Below are positions 13,811-27,796 of a DNA stretch of 64,000 nt, piece by piece. The first letter of the stretch is position 1. Every line of letters starts with the position of its first letter. Source of the DNA: Trichoplax sp. H2 (taxonomy: Eukaryota); assembly GCA_003344405.1 (NCBI GenBank), contig NOWV01000177.1, positions 62,001-126,000 of the forward strand, read 5' to 3'. The notes under the pieces were generated by a model. The model was not told the origin of the DNA. It made no database searches and saw only the letters and a list, made by a program, of their open reading frames with translations. A program made the translations under genes and the position numbers.

Positions 13811-14103
13811 ACAAGACTCTATTGTGTCGTTCTCTACCATTTTATGGTATGACTGCAACCGTGATTGCTGATAGTCCATGTTAACGACTTCCTTTCCATC
13901 AAAGCAACGTGAAGGACGCCACGGTAAGTTAGCAATGCCGAATGATATCCATCTGGCATCGTCTTCATCCTTAGCAATCATCGTTCTTAACTTGTGTCTA
14001 CTATTTTAGTACAATCCAATGTTTGTGTTGGTGTAGTTTTTGCCAATTTTTTAAATGATGATCTTGTGTTTGATGATACTTTTAGTGTTGATCACTTTTG
14101 CAA

Positions 14104-14489
14104 ATCATCGTTTGCTGCATTACACTCCGCTCTGGAATTCAGTTGTTGTGTTGTTACTGTATTACTGCAACGAGGATGATCGAAAAACTGCTTGCACTTA
14201 CTGTAGATACCTTAGTTCATTGCTACGCCATCATCATTGGCTACATTACACTCCGCTCTCCAATTCAGTTGTAGTGTTGTTACTGTACTACTGCAACGAG
14301 GATGATCGAAAAACTGCTTGCACTTACTGTAGATACCTTAGTTCATTGCTCCGCCATCATCATTGGCTACATTACACTCCGCTCTCCAATTCAGTTGTAG
14401 TGTTGTTACTGTACTACTGCAACGAGGATGATCGAAAAACTGCTTGCACTAACTGTAGATACCTTAGTTCATTGCTCCGCCATCATCAT
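14104..14489. repeat. Tandem array, 126-bp unit x3, inside the predicted RPL29 5'UTR intron
   Basis: Units start at 14115, 14241 and 14367; units 2 and 3 are almost identical. Confidence 0.95.
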
Positions 14490-15028
14490 CATCCTGTATC
14501 GAGTAGGAGTATTTCAACGTTAGATATCGTTAATAGATATTACGTCTGATCATTCAAATCCATACTGCAGTATCGAGTAGTAGTGATGCAGAGGTGTTTA
14601 TACTTTGTCATCAACCTGAATACGTAGATTAGAACGGTTGCTTTTAAAATTCAGTTGATAAACTTGGAATGGTATAGACTCGTGCATCAGCGATGTTCTG
14701 CTAGTTTAACGTTGCTTGTTCTAATTGTCAACAATTTTAATCATTGAAATACGATTTGATGAAACGGCACTTTCAAGTGAAATGGTAGTGATCATGAGCG
14801 GATTGTATAGATATTATATATATATATATACTATACAGTATATTAAATGGATACTAATTAGTCTGATCTTGCATTAAATGGATCTAATTGGATCTTGCTA
14901 AATTCCTACTTTAAATTATACGTGTTTCATGAATGCCAGAGAATATCGCCTTAAAGTGGATACGTATTATTGATAACTAGGTGTATAACCAAATTGTTGT
15001 ATAACGTACAGAAAACTGTTCGACTATC

Positions 15029-15958
15029 ATGGCTAAGAGCAAGAATCATACCAATCATAATCAAGGTTAGCTTATTGAATTATTTCATTAAAATCTATGT
15101 ATGCTGCTTTTTCGGAGGTTACCGTTACGTCTTCGATGCCTGATCATTCTGGAGTGCAACTCCTGATCTAATAAAGGGAAAATTAAGAAATCATCAATTT
15201 TCCCTATTGTGAATAGTTATAGTAGACACGTTACCGGTAGTACTGTACACGAACACTTACATGAAAAATTGAATAAGATTGATTTGAAAGCAGAACAATT
15301 AAGAAATACGGTAGTTTGCATATGACTGTGACTGTACTGTACCCCTTGGATTAATTATACTTCTCATCCAATCGCTATGTTAATGCAAGAGACTAGTAAC
15401 ATTATGGACTGCGGTGTGATAATATTGCTTAACGCTTTTGAATTATCCTTTGATTATAGGATTTAAAAATCATAGGAACGGTATCAAACGCCCGAAAACC
15501 AACCGTTATCCATCTTTGAAAGGGGTAAATCGAGATTTATTCTTAATGTCTTTGGATAGTTTTTATTTATGCAGTCTATGTGCAACGTCACTATAGCGTA
15601 TATCATATAGATGTCTCCTTTAAATGTTAGTGTTTCTCTCTCAAAATGAAATGAAATCTGCCGAGTACTATGCACAATACTGTATTTAGTGATACCACTA
15701 CGCAATGGAAGTGCTAGAAATGCTTTAATGTAGTTCATAAATGTTGGATTAAGTCATTTTTTGGAGGCGCTGTTCTAGTTATTACAGATTATGGATGCTA
15801 AACGTACATTGCATCAGCGAGAAAGTTTTGCATACTGTGCAACGTCAATTGATCAACTTTTACTTTACTACTTGTTGTTTATATAGGTCGACCCTAAATT
15901 CCTACGAAACTTACGATTTGCCAAGAAACACAACAAACGGCATCCTAAGCAGGAATAA
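15029..15958 (+). CDS. RPL29: 60S ribosomal protein L29 (eL29), 57 aa
   Basis: Exons 15029-15065, 15460-15524 and 15887-15958 (GT-AG) translate to [57 protein letters not shown]. An acceptor at 15011 implies an upstream non-coding exon. Confidence 0.97.
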
Positions 15959-16904
15959 ACAATGTTCTCGAAATGATATCAATAAATTAGTGTAGAAGAT
16001 TTACAATGACCCGGCAATCATCTTCTTGTGAATAGTGTAGTGTTAAACGACCAAGCATGTAGGGTAGTATATTTAGACACCCTAGGTACAACGTTGTGGT
16101 TCGGATTGAGGTAGCGAAAATGTAGAATGGATACTTATTAATTGCACCGGGTAATTGTTATGAAAGCTATCAATGTGTTTTTATAAACGAATGTAGTGTT
16201 GCAGTACTACTTATTCAAACATTGGGGTTGGTACTGATGGTACTTTACTATCATAGTTATTAGTGATATGCATGAAGCTGTACGCATTGAATGCAAAACT
16301 CTGGTATAAAATATTAAAGTATCCTAGACTGCATGAATCGTATAATTCTGCTCATTAATCCATAAGCGAATGAAAAACTGTGAATCAATTGAGTAAGGAC
16401 ATGATGCTTGTCAATTATATTATAGAAAGAGGAATACTGTAGTGATATTGATGTCTTTAGGTTAATTTTAAATTATACCCAGACGCAGCACTCTTTCAAT
16501 CAAAAGTGTATCGAGTTACTTAGAGAACTGCCGATATACCGTACTGTAAATGCCTATTGCAAAAGAACAATCCCAGGAATAAATACAGTGCAATTGGAAC
16601 TTTTATTTTACTGTAGTTGTTATGAATGAAACAGCAATAAATTGTAGCTTCTATTCCAAATCACTCTTAATCGATAAATACAAAATAATTTAACGTAATT
16701 AAACAGTTAAATCATAAAAATACCAGGATATGATTCATTAGCGTGTAAAAGTACTACAGCAGGTAAAAAATTATGTTAATATAAACTAACATGTAGTTTA
16801 TATCTTTTCATACAAAGCAAGATATAATTCGTCAGAGTAAAGAAATACTACAGCTTGTAAATAACGGACAAGTACAGCCTATCGTTTCTTTTCATACACC
16901 GGCA

Positions 16905-19900
16905 TCATTGAGAATTATCAAATAGACTATTATATTCGGCAATTTCTTCATCACTAAATCGGCACTGTAGGAACAATAATAAAGGTTGTTTCAATTACAT
17001 TGCAATCAGAATTCTGAATGAAACGACAATACGCTTATATCCTGTAGAAATGCATATATGTCGTAAAAAGCAATATGCTTGCTAATTTCCTAATAATCAA
17101 ATTCCCATCAGTCCACTTACCATTTCCATAAAGGCATTATTAGAACAGTTGACTAATAATCTTAAATCTTCGTTAATTAAAATTTGCGGCTGCAATGATA
17201 AATTATCCAATTTCTTAAGCACTTACATTGTAATCATATTAAGATACTAACAGCAGTCGACACAGTGCCTTAGGACAGAAATATACTTTGTAATGAAAAG
17301 AAATAGAATTCGACTTACATTCCTAGCTCGCAGAAATTCGACTCTAATTTTAACTCTACGATGAGCCGTTGATAAAATTCTGTAAAGTGGTCGTGAGTAG
17401 TATGGGATTAGTATCGAGTTGAAGTTTGAGTACGCAGATATAATATAAAATAATACTTTGGTGATTTCAAAATGTCCGTTATTGTAATATCGTTATAACC
17501 TAGTAAACAGCTAAAATGATACCAGTTAAATAAGAATAAATATTGTATTACATCCCTTTTGCATAGACAGAATATAGTTTTACCTCAGAACAGGTTTTAA
17601 ATTTTCTTCAATGGGGAGACATAAGGTTTTCGATCTGTACAATTTTGTATACAAAGTTGCTATGGATTATAGCGAAAGATAGAGAGTTACAAAAGCCTTT
17701 AGTAATGAAAGTTGATCTAAACATAGATTACTTCCAAGGGAATGCGAATATTCAGATAATATAACTTACATATATTTTCTAGCGTAAAACCAAAAGATTG
17801 AAGAAAGTTCACTCTAGGCCGCGTATCAGATTTGTGTAACAAGAACTCGGGCATTTTAGTAATCTGCATATACAATGAATATAATACGGGTAAAAATTCT
17901 GATCCATATAAAGAAAGATTATACATTAGCTGATATGAGGCATAATTTACCATTATATAAACCAAATTTTCATCACGTCGATGACTGATAAGTTCAACCA
18001 ATCGTAGGTACTGATCTTCAATAAAATCCTATAGAGTATATATATACGTATATCCGATCAGAAAATCAATGGTAGCAAATATTAATTATATCTATTTATG
18101 ATTAATTATTGTCGCTTCTGGTGTTGGCGAATTTGCACTAAAGTTTGTAGTAGAATAGCAATACTTACTAAATCGAGATTTAATAAGACTAATCCGTGAT
18201 TCTCAAATAAATTTTTTACATCTTTATTTTTAAAATACAACGGTTTTGAAGTAAGCTTCAGGTAAATGGCATTTATTCTGTCATCTGGATAGTGAAAGCA
18301 AATGTACAGTTAGAAGCATGTCGGTGATATGGGCAAATAAATGAATGCCGTCACTTTGCTTAGTCTATTTCTATCATTTTATCTAACTGGTAGTGGACTT
18401 TTCAAAACTAGCACTTTACAGAAATGGTTACAATATACGAGTATTTATGGCAAAATTGTTTAGCTGGCTAGATATCATTTTAAGTCTGGGTCACTATTAT
18501 CAACTGCAGATTTATATGCTGATATACGCATGTAATATACGGTACTTGAAAGAAGTAAACTTACATGATAAATTGAAGACGGCAGGCGCAGTATTTAGCA
18601 CTGCCTCCGGCATAACATTTATTTCGTAGAAAAAACGGACAATTTTCTTAACGTTATCGGGATTTGTTTCAGATGTTGGAAAGTGATTGAGAATTGATTC
18701 ACTAACACCATTCACCATTTCTTTTAATATCCAAGTTGATTTTAAATCATAATGCTGAATAATAATATTGATATCCGATATTTAAGTTACACTTTATTAA
18801 AATGGTGCAATTATTTGATATTTCCCTATCACACATGGTATATACTTACAGCAAATTTAGATAACAGTGCTGACGTAAAGTTATCTATGGATAAAGCAAG
18901 TATGGTTGGATTTTTGGTTATAATTTCTCCAACTTGCAGATCAAATGATTGGTATTAGTGTATTTTATCGTTTAAAAAGGAATAGAGGAAATTTGTATCA
19001 CGTGCAGCACGTTAGTAACATGTAGTTTCAGCAGTAAGAAATGACTGAGGTAAGCACAGTTTGTAAGTTATCAGTACATTACTATGCTTTGAAAGTACAG
19101 CTATCCTAAATCCACTTACCCAATAAATTTAATTGTACTGGATCGAAATTTTGATCTGAGATCGTAATACGTAATTTGTCAATCTTGGCTTCACACTGGA
19201 AAAAAAGAAACACACTATGTTAGCCGACAGCAATCGACTACATCTAAATTACAACCTTGCTTCTATTTACAGTTTTCACAGACAGCTTGCAAAATGTTGA
19301 GCACTCGATAGGATAGAAAGGTGATGTAACTAACAATACTGCATAGAGGTATCTTCGCTACAACAACATTTATCTTCACATTCCGTAAAACACAATAGCC
19401 TCCAGTTGGGTTACCATTGGGCTGAGATTCAGCAATGGACAGCATAAGAAAATTATAAGCAATTGATAGAATAGGACAACGATGTAACTAAAACTACTGT
19501 CTGGCTAATTAGCCAGTATACGCGTAGTAGTGTGACTGATTAACAACAACATCAAACTGGGAGGTTTATTGTGCAATGCTCGTCGTTATTCATTCTTGCT
19601 ATGATTCAAAATTGGTCAATTCTAATTCTAATAGTGGAACTGGATTTAGCAGCAGCAGCAGCACTGACCTGTTTAACGTCTAAACCCAATATAACTGGGT
19701 GCTGCGCTACAATGGTCTTAATATTGCAGTCATACTTTGATAGAAAACGAATCATGTCCATGGCTTGATCATTGAATGCAAAAAGTGGTGAATATAGACA
19801 GGCAATTTGGCTAGCGTCTTCTTGACTCAACTGACATGCTTGCATAATATTGGCCGTCCGATTACTGATGACCTCAGCAAGTAATCTTTGAGGACTACTA

Positions 19901-20127
19901 TACTTTTCCTTACTTTTACGAATACCCAGTGATTGGGATAAATTGATAGGATCGTATTCCTTATTGGCTAAAGCATGATCATTGGAATAATGGGTAAAAA
20001 ATGTCGACAGTGCTTTGAATTGATATGATGATGGCTTGCCATCGATAGAGTATTGCCTTTGCATTCGGCTCATTAGCCCATACCATCTCCGGTTTAAAAT
20101 GTTCATGACGCCTTTCCTACAAGTCAT
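16905..20127 (-). CDS. mTERF-family mitochondrial protein (multi-exon)
   Basis: Arg-rich presequence-like N-terminus (MTCRKGVMNILNRRWYGLMSRMQRQYS). mTERF-like repeats: IVAQHPVILGLD, KNPTILALSID, MPEFLLHKSDTRPRVNFLQSFGF, LCLPIEENLKPVL. Last exons ...NNAFMEM|CRFSDEEIAEYNSLFDNSQ*. Not every internal junction was verified. Confidence 0.7.
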
Positions 20128-20404
20128 CAAGAAGTTACAATCTGTATGCTTTCAATAGATACGATAAGATTAACGTTGGAATGGGTAGCTTGATTTATGA
20201 CATGATGAACTGGATGGCTCTACGCCAGATTAGTCCAAAAGCTGCTGGCTTGCACTGGCCAATTTGGGTCCATGTGGAGATTCTGATGGTATCAGCGTAT
20301 CAAAGTGTGCCTTTGCCTATATAGACTCTAGATCTAGAATGATTAAAGGGTAGGTCGACGAACGCCAATGGTGCGCATGGCCGTGGAGCAATTTTGAAGT
20401 CCTG

Positions 20405-20740
20405 CAGTACAGTACAGGCTTTCAGCATGCCAGTGACGTCACTGGCAGCATGGTGAAGAACAATTTGGTCATGCGTACTAAGGTAAAGGGAAGAAACTAC
20501 AGTACTGTACCGCATTACAGTGATTTGTACTGTACTATACTGTACAGTAGATTCTAAACATTTACAGTAGTCAAAATGGAAAATGTCGACAGTACAGTAC
20601 TGTAGACCTTTTCGATTTTGACTACTGTACTGGAAATGTTGAGAATCTACAGTACAAATCACTCTAGTGCGAAACTGTACTGTACTGTACAATTCAAACT
20701 TCAAAAAGTGCATTGTACTGTGCACTGTACACTGTAGAGA
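20405..20740. promoter_or_regulatory. CTGTA/TACAG-rich tract upstream of the mTERF-like gene
   Basis: Same low-complexity GTAC-centred words as at 13.3-13.8 kb and 39.3-39.7 kb, lying just 5' of a gene. Confidence 0.45.
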
Positions 20741-21095
20741 CCCTCGCGGACAGACGGACGTAGAAAGATTGCTACGGATGGATGGATTATCCCACAAAAA
20801 TGGTTCATTTTAGGTATCGTGAAAGCAAAATCGCTAGCAAGATCAATAGAGCAAATGCAAGAGATGATAAAATGAGCTGCTTCATAGACTACTAGAAGAA
20901 CAAGTTCTATTTCTAGAAGTCCATGCCTGTTTCTATCGAGCAAAATGGATGATACTACAAGTCTACCATCAATCGTTACAGTCAATACTTGTACAAGTCG
21001 AACCAGTCAATCTTTGCTTACGCTATACGGTACACATAAACGGTCTCTAGTGTACGGTATAAGGGTACAATAATATCGCGGTAAACGCGGGGATA

Positions 21096-21704
21096 TTGCA
21101 CATAACACGATGGAAAAGATGACGATGAAGCTTATTTTCCACAAAAGTACATCTACTCAGGATAGTGGATGAAGTAGAGTTGAAAAAGTAATCAACGACT
21201 TAAGTAACTCAAGCTATGGTTTTGTCTTTTCTTGGACGCACATCGACAGTTTGAGATTTCGATATGCATGATATTGAAAGTTGATAATATTGAGGGTTGC
21301 ACATTACGCCATGGAAAAGATGATGATGAAGCTTATTTTCCACAAAAGTACATCTACTCAGGATAGTGGATGAAGTAGAGTTGAAAAAGTAATCAACGAC
21401 TTAAGTAACTCAAGCTATGGTTTTGTCTTTTCTTGGACGCACATCGACAGTTTGAGATTTCGGTGATATGCATGATATTGAAAGTTGATAATATCGAGGG
21501 TTGCACATTACACCATGGAAAAGATGACGATGAAGCTTATTTTCCACAAAAGTACATCTACTCAGGATAGTGGATGAAGTGGAGTTGAAAAAGTAATCAA
21601 CTACTTAAGCATCTCAAGCTATGGTTTTTTCTTTTCTTGGACGCCCTTCGACAATATGAGATATCGGTGATATGCATGATATTGAAAGTTGATAATATCG
21701 AGGG
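21096..21704. repeat. Tandem array, 201-204 bp unit x3
   Basis: Units start at 21096, 21297 and 21501 (ttgcacat.ac..catggaaaagatga...). Confidence 0.95.
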
Positions 21705-22828
21705 AATAAAATCCTTGGGTATTCAAAGTTGGACATGATTGCCAATTATGGATGGACCAATTTGATTGGACTTCTAGAAAAATACAGTACAGTGCCTACA
21801 GTCCATGGCTCAAAGTGATGATTCCCTTTCAAGTAAAGCATTTTTACGCTCGACTTATTTCTCCACGCTAATTTGCTGCCGTATTAGTACTGAATGCTAA
21901 TCTAAATGGCGTAAGAATGCCAAGATCTTAACAGAGGGTAACATTGGGTAGATCAACAAGTAGGAGCGTATCATGACAATAGTGATGGATAAATACTGGT
22001 TGATAAACCCTAAGCTTTTATTTTAGCTTATGGATAACAATCTTGAACCTGGAAACCACAAGTCTTGATATTGCTTACTATAAAAGCCAACTGGCACATT
22101 ACTGCACCAGAACAGTGGTGGAAATTAATTTACACGCTCATAGTCCATTCATAGTCTATGGAGCTGACGATGGGGCACCAGCTGTCATGAGCTCTTTCAA
22201 CACTTTTCATCTTGTAGACATGAATTACAAGGTATCATCCATCATTCAACATTCATACAATCTGATTTTAAAATGTTGCAAAATCTATCCGCCCACTGCT
22301 GACAACATTGATTGATTGCCACCATATGATGCAATCAAAAAGGAGGAGGAGATGAAATGCCAATGGGGTCTAGTTACCCATTCCATAGCAATCAGCGGCC
22401 AGGTTGATGTGGGATATCGAGGCACAAAAGTTATACTGTGCATCGCCAGTTGCAGTCTAATTGTGGCAGTGCTAACTTCTAATCGTAAACACATGTTTCA
22501 TCAGCAGCCGACGTAGTAATCAGCAAAACTTCATCATAGCGCGCCAACAGGACTGAGGATGAAAGAATTATAAGATCGAAAATCCTTTCCAAACATCGGT
22601 ATTGTGCCTATACGAATCAGTAGAAGATACAAGTACTAGGCTTGCAATTGATACAAGGCAGACGAAAGACGGTATAAAGTAGTGCAGCTTGTATCGATAG
22701 CTCGATTAAACGAACATTAAGGAAGAGTTAAACCCCCCCAAAATTACTATTGCAATATTGGTTAAAATTCAATCATAAGATTGGCATTCACCCTGTGAAA
22801 CTGCCAACGAGTACAGCAGCTAGCAAAA

Positions 22829-25800
22829 ATGGTAAGATTTTATACTATAGGTATTAAAAAATACAATTGATATCGACCTACCCATCCAGATCTTTGAATA
22901 CTGCTATACCGCCGTTAATTCCACATTCAAACTAGTAGTTCTTGCTATCGCCATACTAACGCTACTGGATATTAAAGAAGATCAATGGATGCTAAATCGT
23001 TATTAAATGACGCCAGGTTGCAGACTTTTCATGGATACCATCTCCAACTACCCGTCCAAGGACTAATCGATGAAACCAATGGCATGCAATGGTGTCACAG
23101 TCAAGAAATAATTCTGTAGATATTCAATTTCTCCACCTTCACTCGTCCAACTCGATGATATCAATTTACATTGCATGGCTAATCGACGTAGTTCTCAAAA
23201 TTAATCTACCTTATCGCGCTTAAAATCGGTCATCTTCTACAAGTAGTCAGTGTACAATCATCTTTGTATGAGTTCGAATGATTTGCAATATGATAGCGGT
23301 CTTCCATATCCACTTGTCATCGCGCACAGGTCTTGTGATACAAATACCCAACACATCTAGCATTTTCTATCCGCAATACTATCAATTGGATTTAGAAGGC
23401 ACCGTCCTCTATTGTTAATAACTCAGCCTGTGATGCCCCGAAACATTTCATGAAATAGAAATCACATTATAGTGTATAATAGCCAAATAATATATTTTGT
23501 AACCTTGTTATTTACCGTATTGCCCCAATCCCATTTCCGTTCTTTGCCACTGGGCATAGAGCGCGACACTTCTATTTCCCCGTGATCCATTTCCAAGTAG
23601 GATAGCAATTCTATTAGTATACGCGTTTGCCCTTACCTGTAATGCATACCTAATAAATTACACGATGCTTAATTAAAATATCTCACAATTACAATACGAT
23701 ATGACATTTAATTTGAATACTATACTTAATCAATAGACAAGGATAGTTGTGTCTAATCTTTAAAATTGGGTAATGTTAAATTGGATAGCTGTTCGGTTGT
23801 GCGCTCGTATACTTTGTTTAGATAAAACAACGATTATTTTTCATCTTAACAAAATGCTGTAGTATTCAACTTGATAACTTCAATAATAAATTAGTGTGAT
23901 TTTGACTTAATTAAATGGATAAATAATTTTTAACATGATCGGTACGGTACGTCTTTTCTTGTGGTTTATAGCGCGAGATTGTCTCCATTCATATTGGTCA
24001 AGCTGGTGTACAAATTGGTAATGCTTGTTGGGAATTGTATTGCTTAGAACATGGAATTCTACCTAATGGTCAGCGCTGTGAGGGAACGACCAATAAACAG
24101 CACAAACACTGGTTTTCGGGTGAATCCTTTAGCACATTCTTTAACGAAACGGGTCGAGGACGGTATGTCCCTAGGGCGGTTTTTGTTGATCTGGAACCAA
24201 CTGTTATAGGTAAGAATTTTTCCAATGCACAAACCAGATAGAATGAATCATATACTGTGGCTTTAGTTACATCATGAAACTGTTGTCTACAAGTGACATA
24301 TTCCGTAAACAGGGATGGGTGTTCAATCATTTAGTGTGCACATACATAAAATTGATTAATAACCACGGAAGTTCCTAACTCTTTCTTTCGGCTACTGTAT
24401 CGTGATATTGCTAACTTTTGACTGTCATACTAAATGTTAAATAAATCACTTACGGTACAGACTATTGCGTTGTGTTTTGCTCGTAACACAAATGGAATGA
24501 TTGATCTTCATGCATTAATTACAGATGAAATCCGAACTGGTCCTTACAAACAGTTGTTTCATCCCGATCAAATGTTAACCGGAAAAGAAGATGCTGCTAA
24601 CAATTATGCACGAGGCCATTACACAATTGGAGGTGAAATTATCGACGTTTTTATGGATAGGATCCGCAAAGTGGTAATTTTTTGTCGCTACCATATTGGT
24701 GTAATTTATAGTATAATCAATGTGTAGTTTGATAGATTGGCTATGCATAAAAGTACTTTAGTCATGTTAGCGTTTGTTTGTAATTGCAATAACTATTAAT
24801 GCAAAATGATGTACTGTACGACTAGTAAAAATTATTATCCGCAATAGCCTTACGCTGATTGAAAATTTTATGAGTAATTCGAAATTGAATCGATTTTCGC
24901 TTTGAATCCTCGACTAATTAGCGGTTGAGTTACTAATTACAATTTATCCCAATTAATTTCAAATTTATAGTGTGATCAATGTAGTGCATTACAAGGCTTC
25001 GTATTATTCAACTCCTTAAGTGGTGGGACTGGCTCAGGTTTATCTAGCCTTATTCTTGAAAGAATTACTGCTGATTATGGTAAATGTACTAAACTACAGT
25101 ACGCTGTATCACCCTCGCCGCGTGTTTCTACGTCTGTTGTTGAACCCTATAATGCTGTCTTAACAACACATAGCTGCTTCGATAATTCTGATGTCGTTTT
25201 TCTCATGGATAATGAAGCCATTTATGATATATGCATGAAGAAGTTAGATAAGGATCTTCCAACGTATACTAGTCTTAATCGACTAATATGCCAAATTATA
25301 TCATCCATGTCAGCATCGTTACGATTTGAAGGAGCACTAAATGTTGACTTGAAAGAATTTGAAACTAATTTAGTTCCCTATCCTCGAATCCACTTTCCAC
25401 TTGTCTCCTATGCACCTATTATATCACCAGAAAGAGCCTATCATGAGAGATTAAGCATTCAGGAAATTACTGAGAGCTGTTTTCATACCAGTAATTTGAT
25501 GGTAAAATGTAATCCTCGCCTTGGAAAGTATATTGCTTGTTGCCTATTATATCGTGGCGACGTTGTTCCAAAGGACGTTAATGCTGCTATTGTTAATATG
25601 AAATCGAAAAAACATATTCAGTTTGTTGATTGGTGTCCAACTGGATTTAAAATTGGTATCAATTATCAACCTCCTACTACAGTTCCTGGAAGTGATTTGG
25701 CCCAAATTTCCCGTGCCGTTTGTATGCTTTCTAACAATACTGCTATTGCTGAAGCTTGGTCGTGTCTTAATCATAAATTTGACCTTATGTTTGCTAAACG

Positions 25801-25948
25801 AGCGTTTGTTCACTGGTATGTTGGCGAAGGAATGGAAGAAGGAGAATTTACAGAAGCTCGAGAAGATTTGGCAGCACTAGAGAAAGACTATGAAGAAATC
25901 GGCATTGAAAGTGTCGATGAAGATTCACAATATGATCATGAATACTAG
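22829..25948 (+). CDS. TUBA: Divergent alpha-tubulin
   Basis: Exons 22829-22831 (ATG|gtaag, the classic alpha-tubulin first intron), 23972-24209, 24525-24673 and 24971-25948. Motifs [46 protein letters not shown] and C-terminal ...DHEY. Confidence 0.95.
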
Positions 25949-27063
25949 TTGATAACTACTTTTAATTGAAGTTATGTGGTCGTTGATCATCGATTATAAT
26001 TATTCTAGTGCTGTAGCAATTAATGTTATGAACGATATCTCAATTCTATGCGTTGTAAGTTATATGTTCGGATATCATTCGTATTGATACAAAAGTTTCC
26101 CCCATAATTAATTGGTTCTGATATTACAACTAAAACATCTTTTAAAATATATTTGATAGATATATTTTCTTGCCATTGTTTTATATAGTTCCACGTTTAA
26201 TCTACCTATTGTGTAAAATGATCATTCTATAGTATGTTGTAGTACTCGTCTTTATTACTTAATTAAACCTGCTAACTGCGATATCCACGGGATATAGCAA
26301 TCGATATTTGTATTGTCGACAGATACTGCAGTCTTTCTTGAGTGTATTCGTAGGTTCCATTTTACATGCTTTTGCACCCTAGATTTGTTTAAATCTACGA
26401 TCATTATACTACTGGCGTATCTTTGATGATATTTATCCTATAGACTTTTAAAGTTAGGGATACTTTTTGAAAGTTTAGATACTCGTATAGCATGAATGAA
26501 ACAATTGAAATCAGAGCGGTTTAATGATGAGGCCATGCTAAAATAAACGATTGCATAACGTTACTTAGAGCGTCTTTTAACTATGCCGTAAATCGATTTA
26601 AATCCTGTTTACACGTACACAGGAAGATAGCTGCAATCGTATTAGTGATTGTTGCTAAGATAGTGTAAGTGTCTTCACCATTGCACTTTTTTCCACAACT
26701 CGCTTTGGTAAATAATTAATCGATTAACTCTGGTTGATTTCACTAACTGATAGTAAGTACTAAAATAGGATATTGATGCAAGCAGCGATATTTACGTACG
26801 CTTTGATTGATAAATAGAAATAAATCGCTTCTTTAAGGAAAAATTTTCAAAATTTATTTGCTCAATCGGAGTGTTTCAATTCAAATATATCTAGTAGTAA
26901 ATAAATTAAATTGATTGATGAGTATACCAATTTATCCGTTAGGATCTGCAAAAACTTTGATGTATTATATTAATCGATATTCTAAATGGTGATATAAGTG
27001 TACAGCATATGCATATACCAATACTATATTCTAGATCATGGAGCTTTTGATATTTTATATCAG

Positions 27064-27796
27064 TACAACCAAACTCTTATTCTTTATACCTTTAGCAGCG
27101 CATGCAACACTTTTCCATTACGTTTTATGTGTGGCTGATCATGATAGGCAACGCTATAAACATATTCAGCATTGCTCCCATCAGAATTTTTCGATTTGTA
27201 TCACTATGTACAAACAAACTCTTAGTTTCTAATCTCTATACCTCAAGCAGCGCATGCAACACTTTCCACTAGGTTTTATGTGTGGATGATCATGATAGGC
27301 AACGCTATAAACATATCAAGAATTGCTCCCATCAGAATTTTTCGATTTGTATCGCTATGTACAAACAAACTCTTCTCTATACCTCAAGCAGTGTATGCAA
27401 CACTTTCCACTAGGTTTTATGTATGGATGATCATGATAGGCAATACTTTAAACATATTCAGCATTGCTCCCATCAGAATTTTTCGATTTGTATCACTATG
27501 TACAAACAAACTCTTAGTTTCTAATCTCTATACCTCAAGCAGCGCATGCAACACTTTCCACTAGATTTTATGTGAGGATGATCGTGATAGGCAACACTAT
27601 AAACATATCAAGAATTGCTCCCATCAGAATTTTTCGATTTGTATCACTATGTACAAACAAACTCTTAGTCTCTATACTTCAAGCAGCGCATGCAACACTT
27701 TCCACAAGATTTTATGTGTGGATGATCATGATAGGCAACACTATAAACATATCAAGAACTGCTCCCATTAGTATTTTTTGATCTGTATCACTATAT
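27064..27796. repeat. Tandem array, 141-152 bp unit x5
   Basis: agcag.g.atgcaacactttcca recurs at 27094, 27246, 27387, 27538 and 27682. Confidence 0.95.

Noticed and set aside
14241-14389. Minus-strand ATGATGA...CTGA in the 126-bp unit, resembling a C/D snoRNA array
   Set aside because: Antisense to the host RPL29 transcript, poor k-turn stem geometry, and no rRNA guide recognised.
14055-14549. 164-aa ORF with a 42-aa repeat
   Set aside because: A by-product of the 126-bp (multiple of 3) tandem unit in a predicted intron; no recognisable domain.
15750-15770. Sm-site-like ATTTTTTGGAGG in an RPL29 intron
   Set aside because: Flanks do not resemble any U snRNA I can recognise.
22026-22560. 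Possible exon-like ORFs upstream of alpha-tubulin
   Set aside because: No recognisable domain or consistent splice model; left uncalled.
21096-27796. The tandem arrays as CRISPR-like loci
   Set aside because: Whole units repeat with no unique spacers; eukaryotic context and no cas genes.
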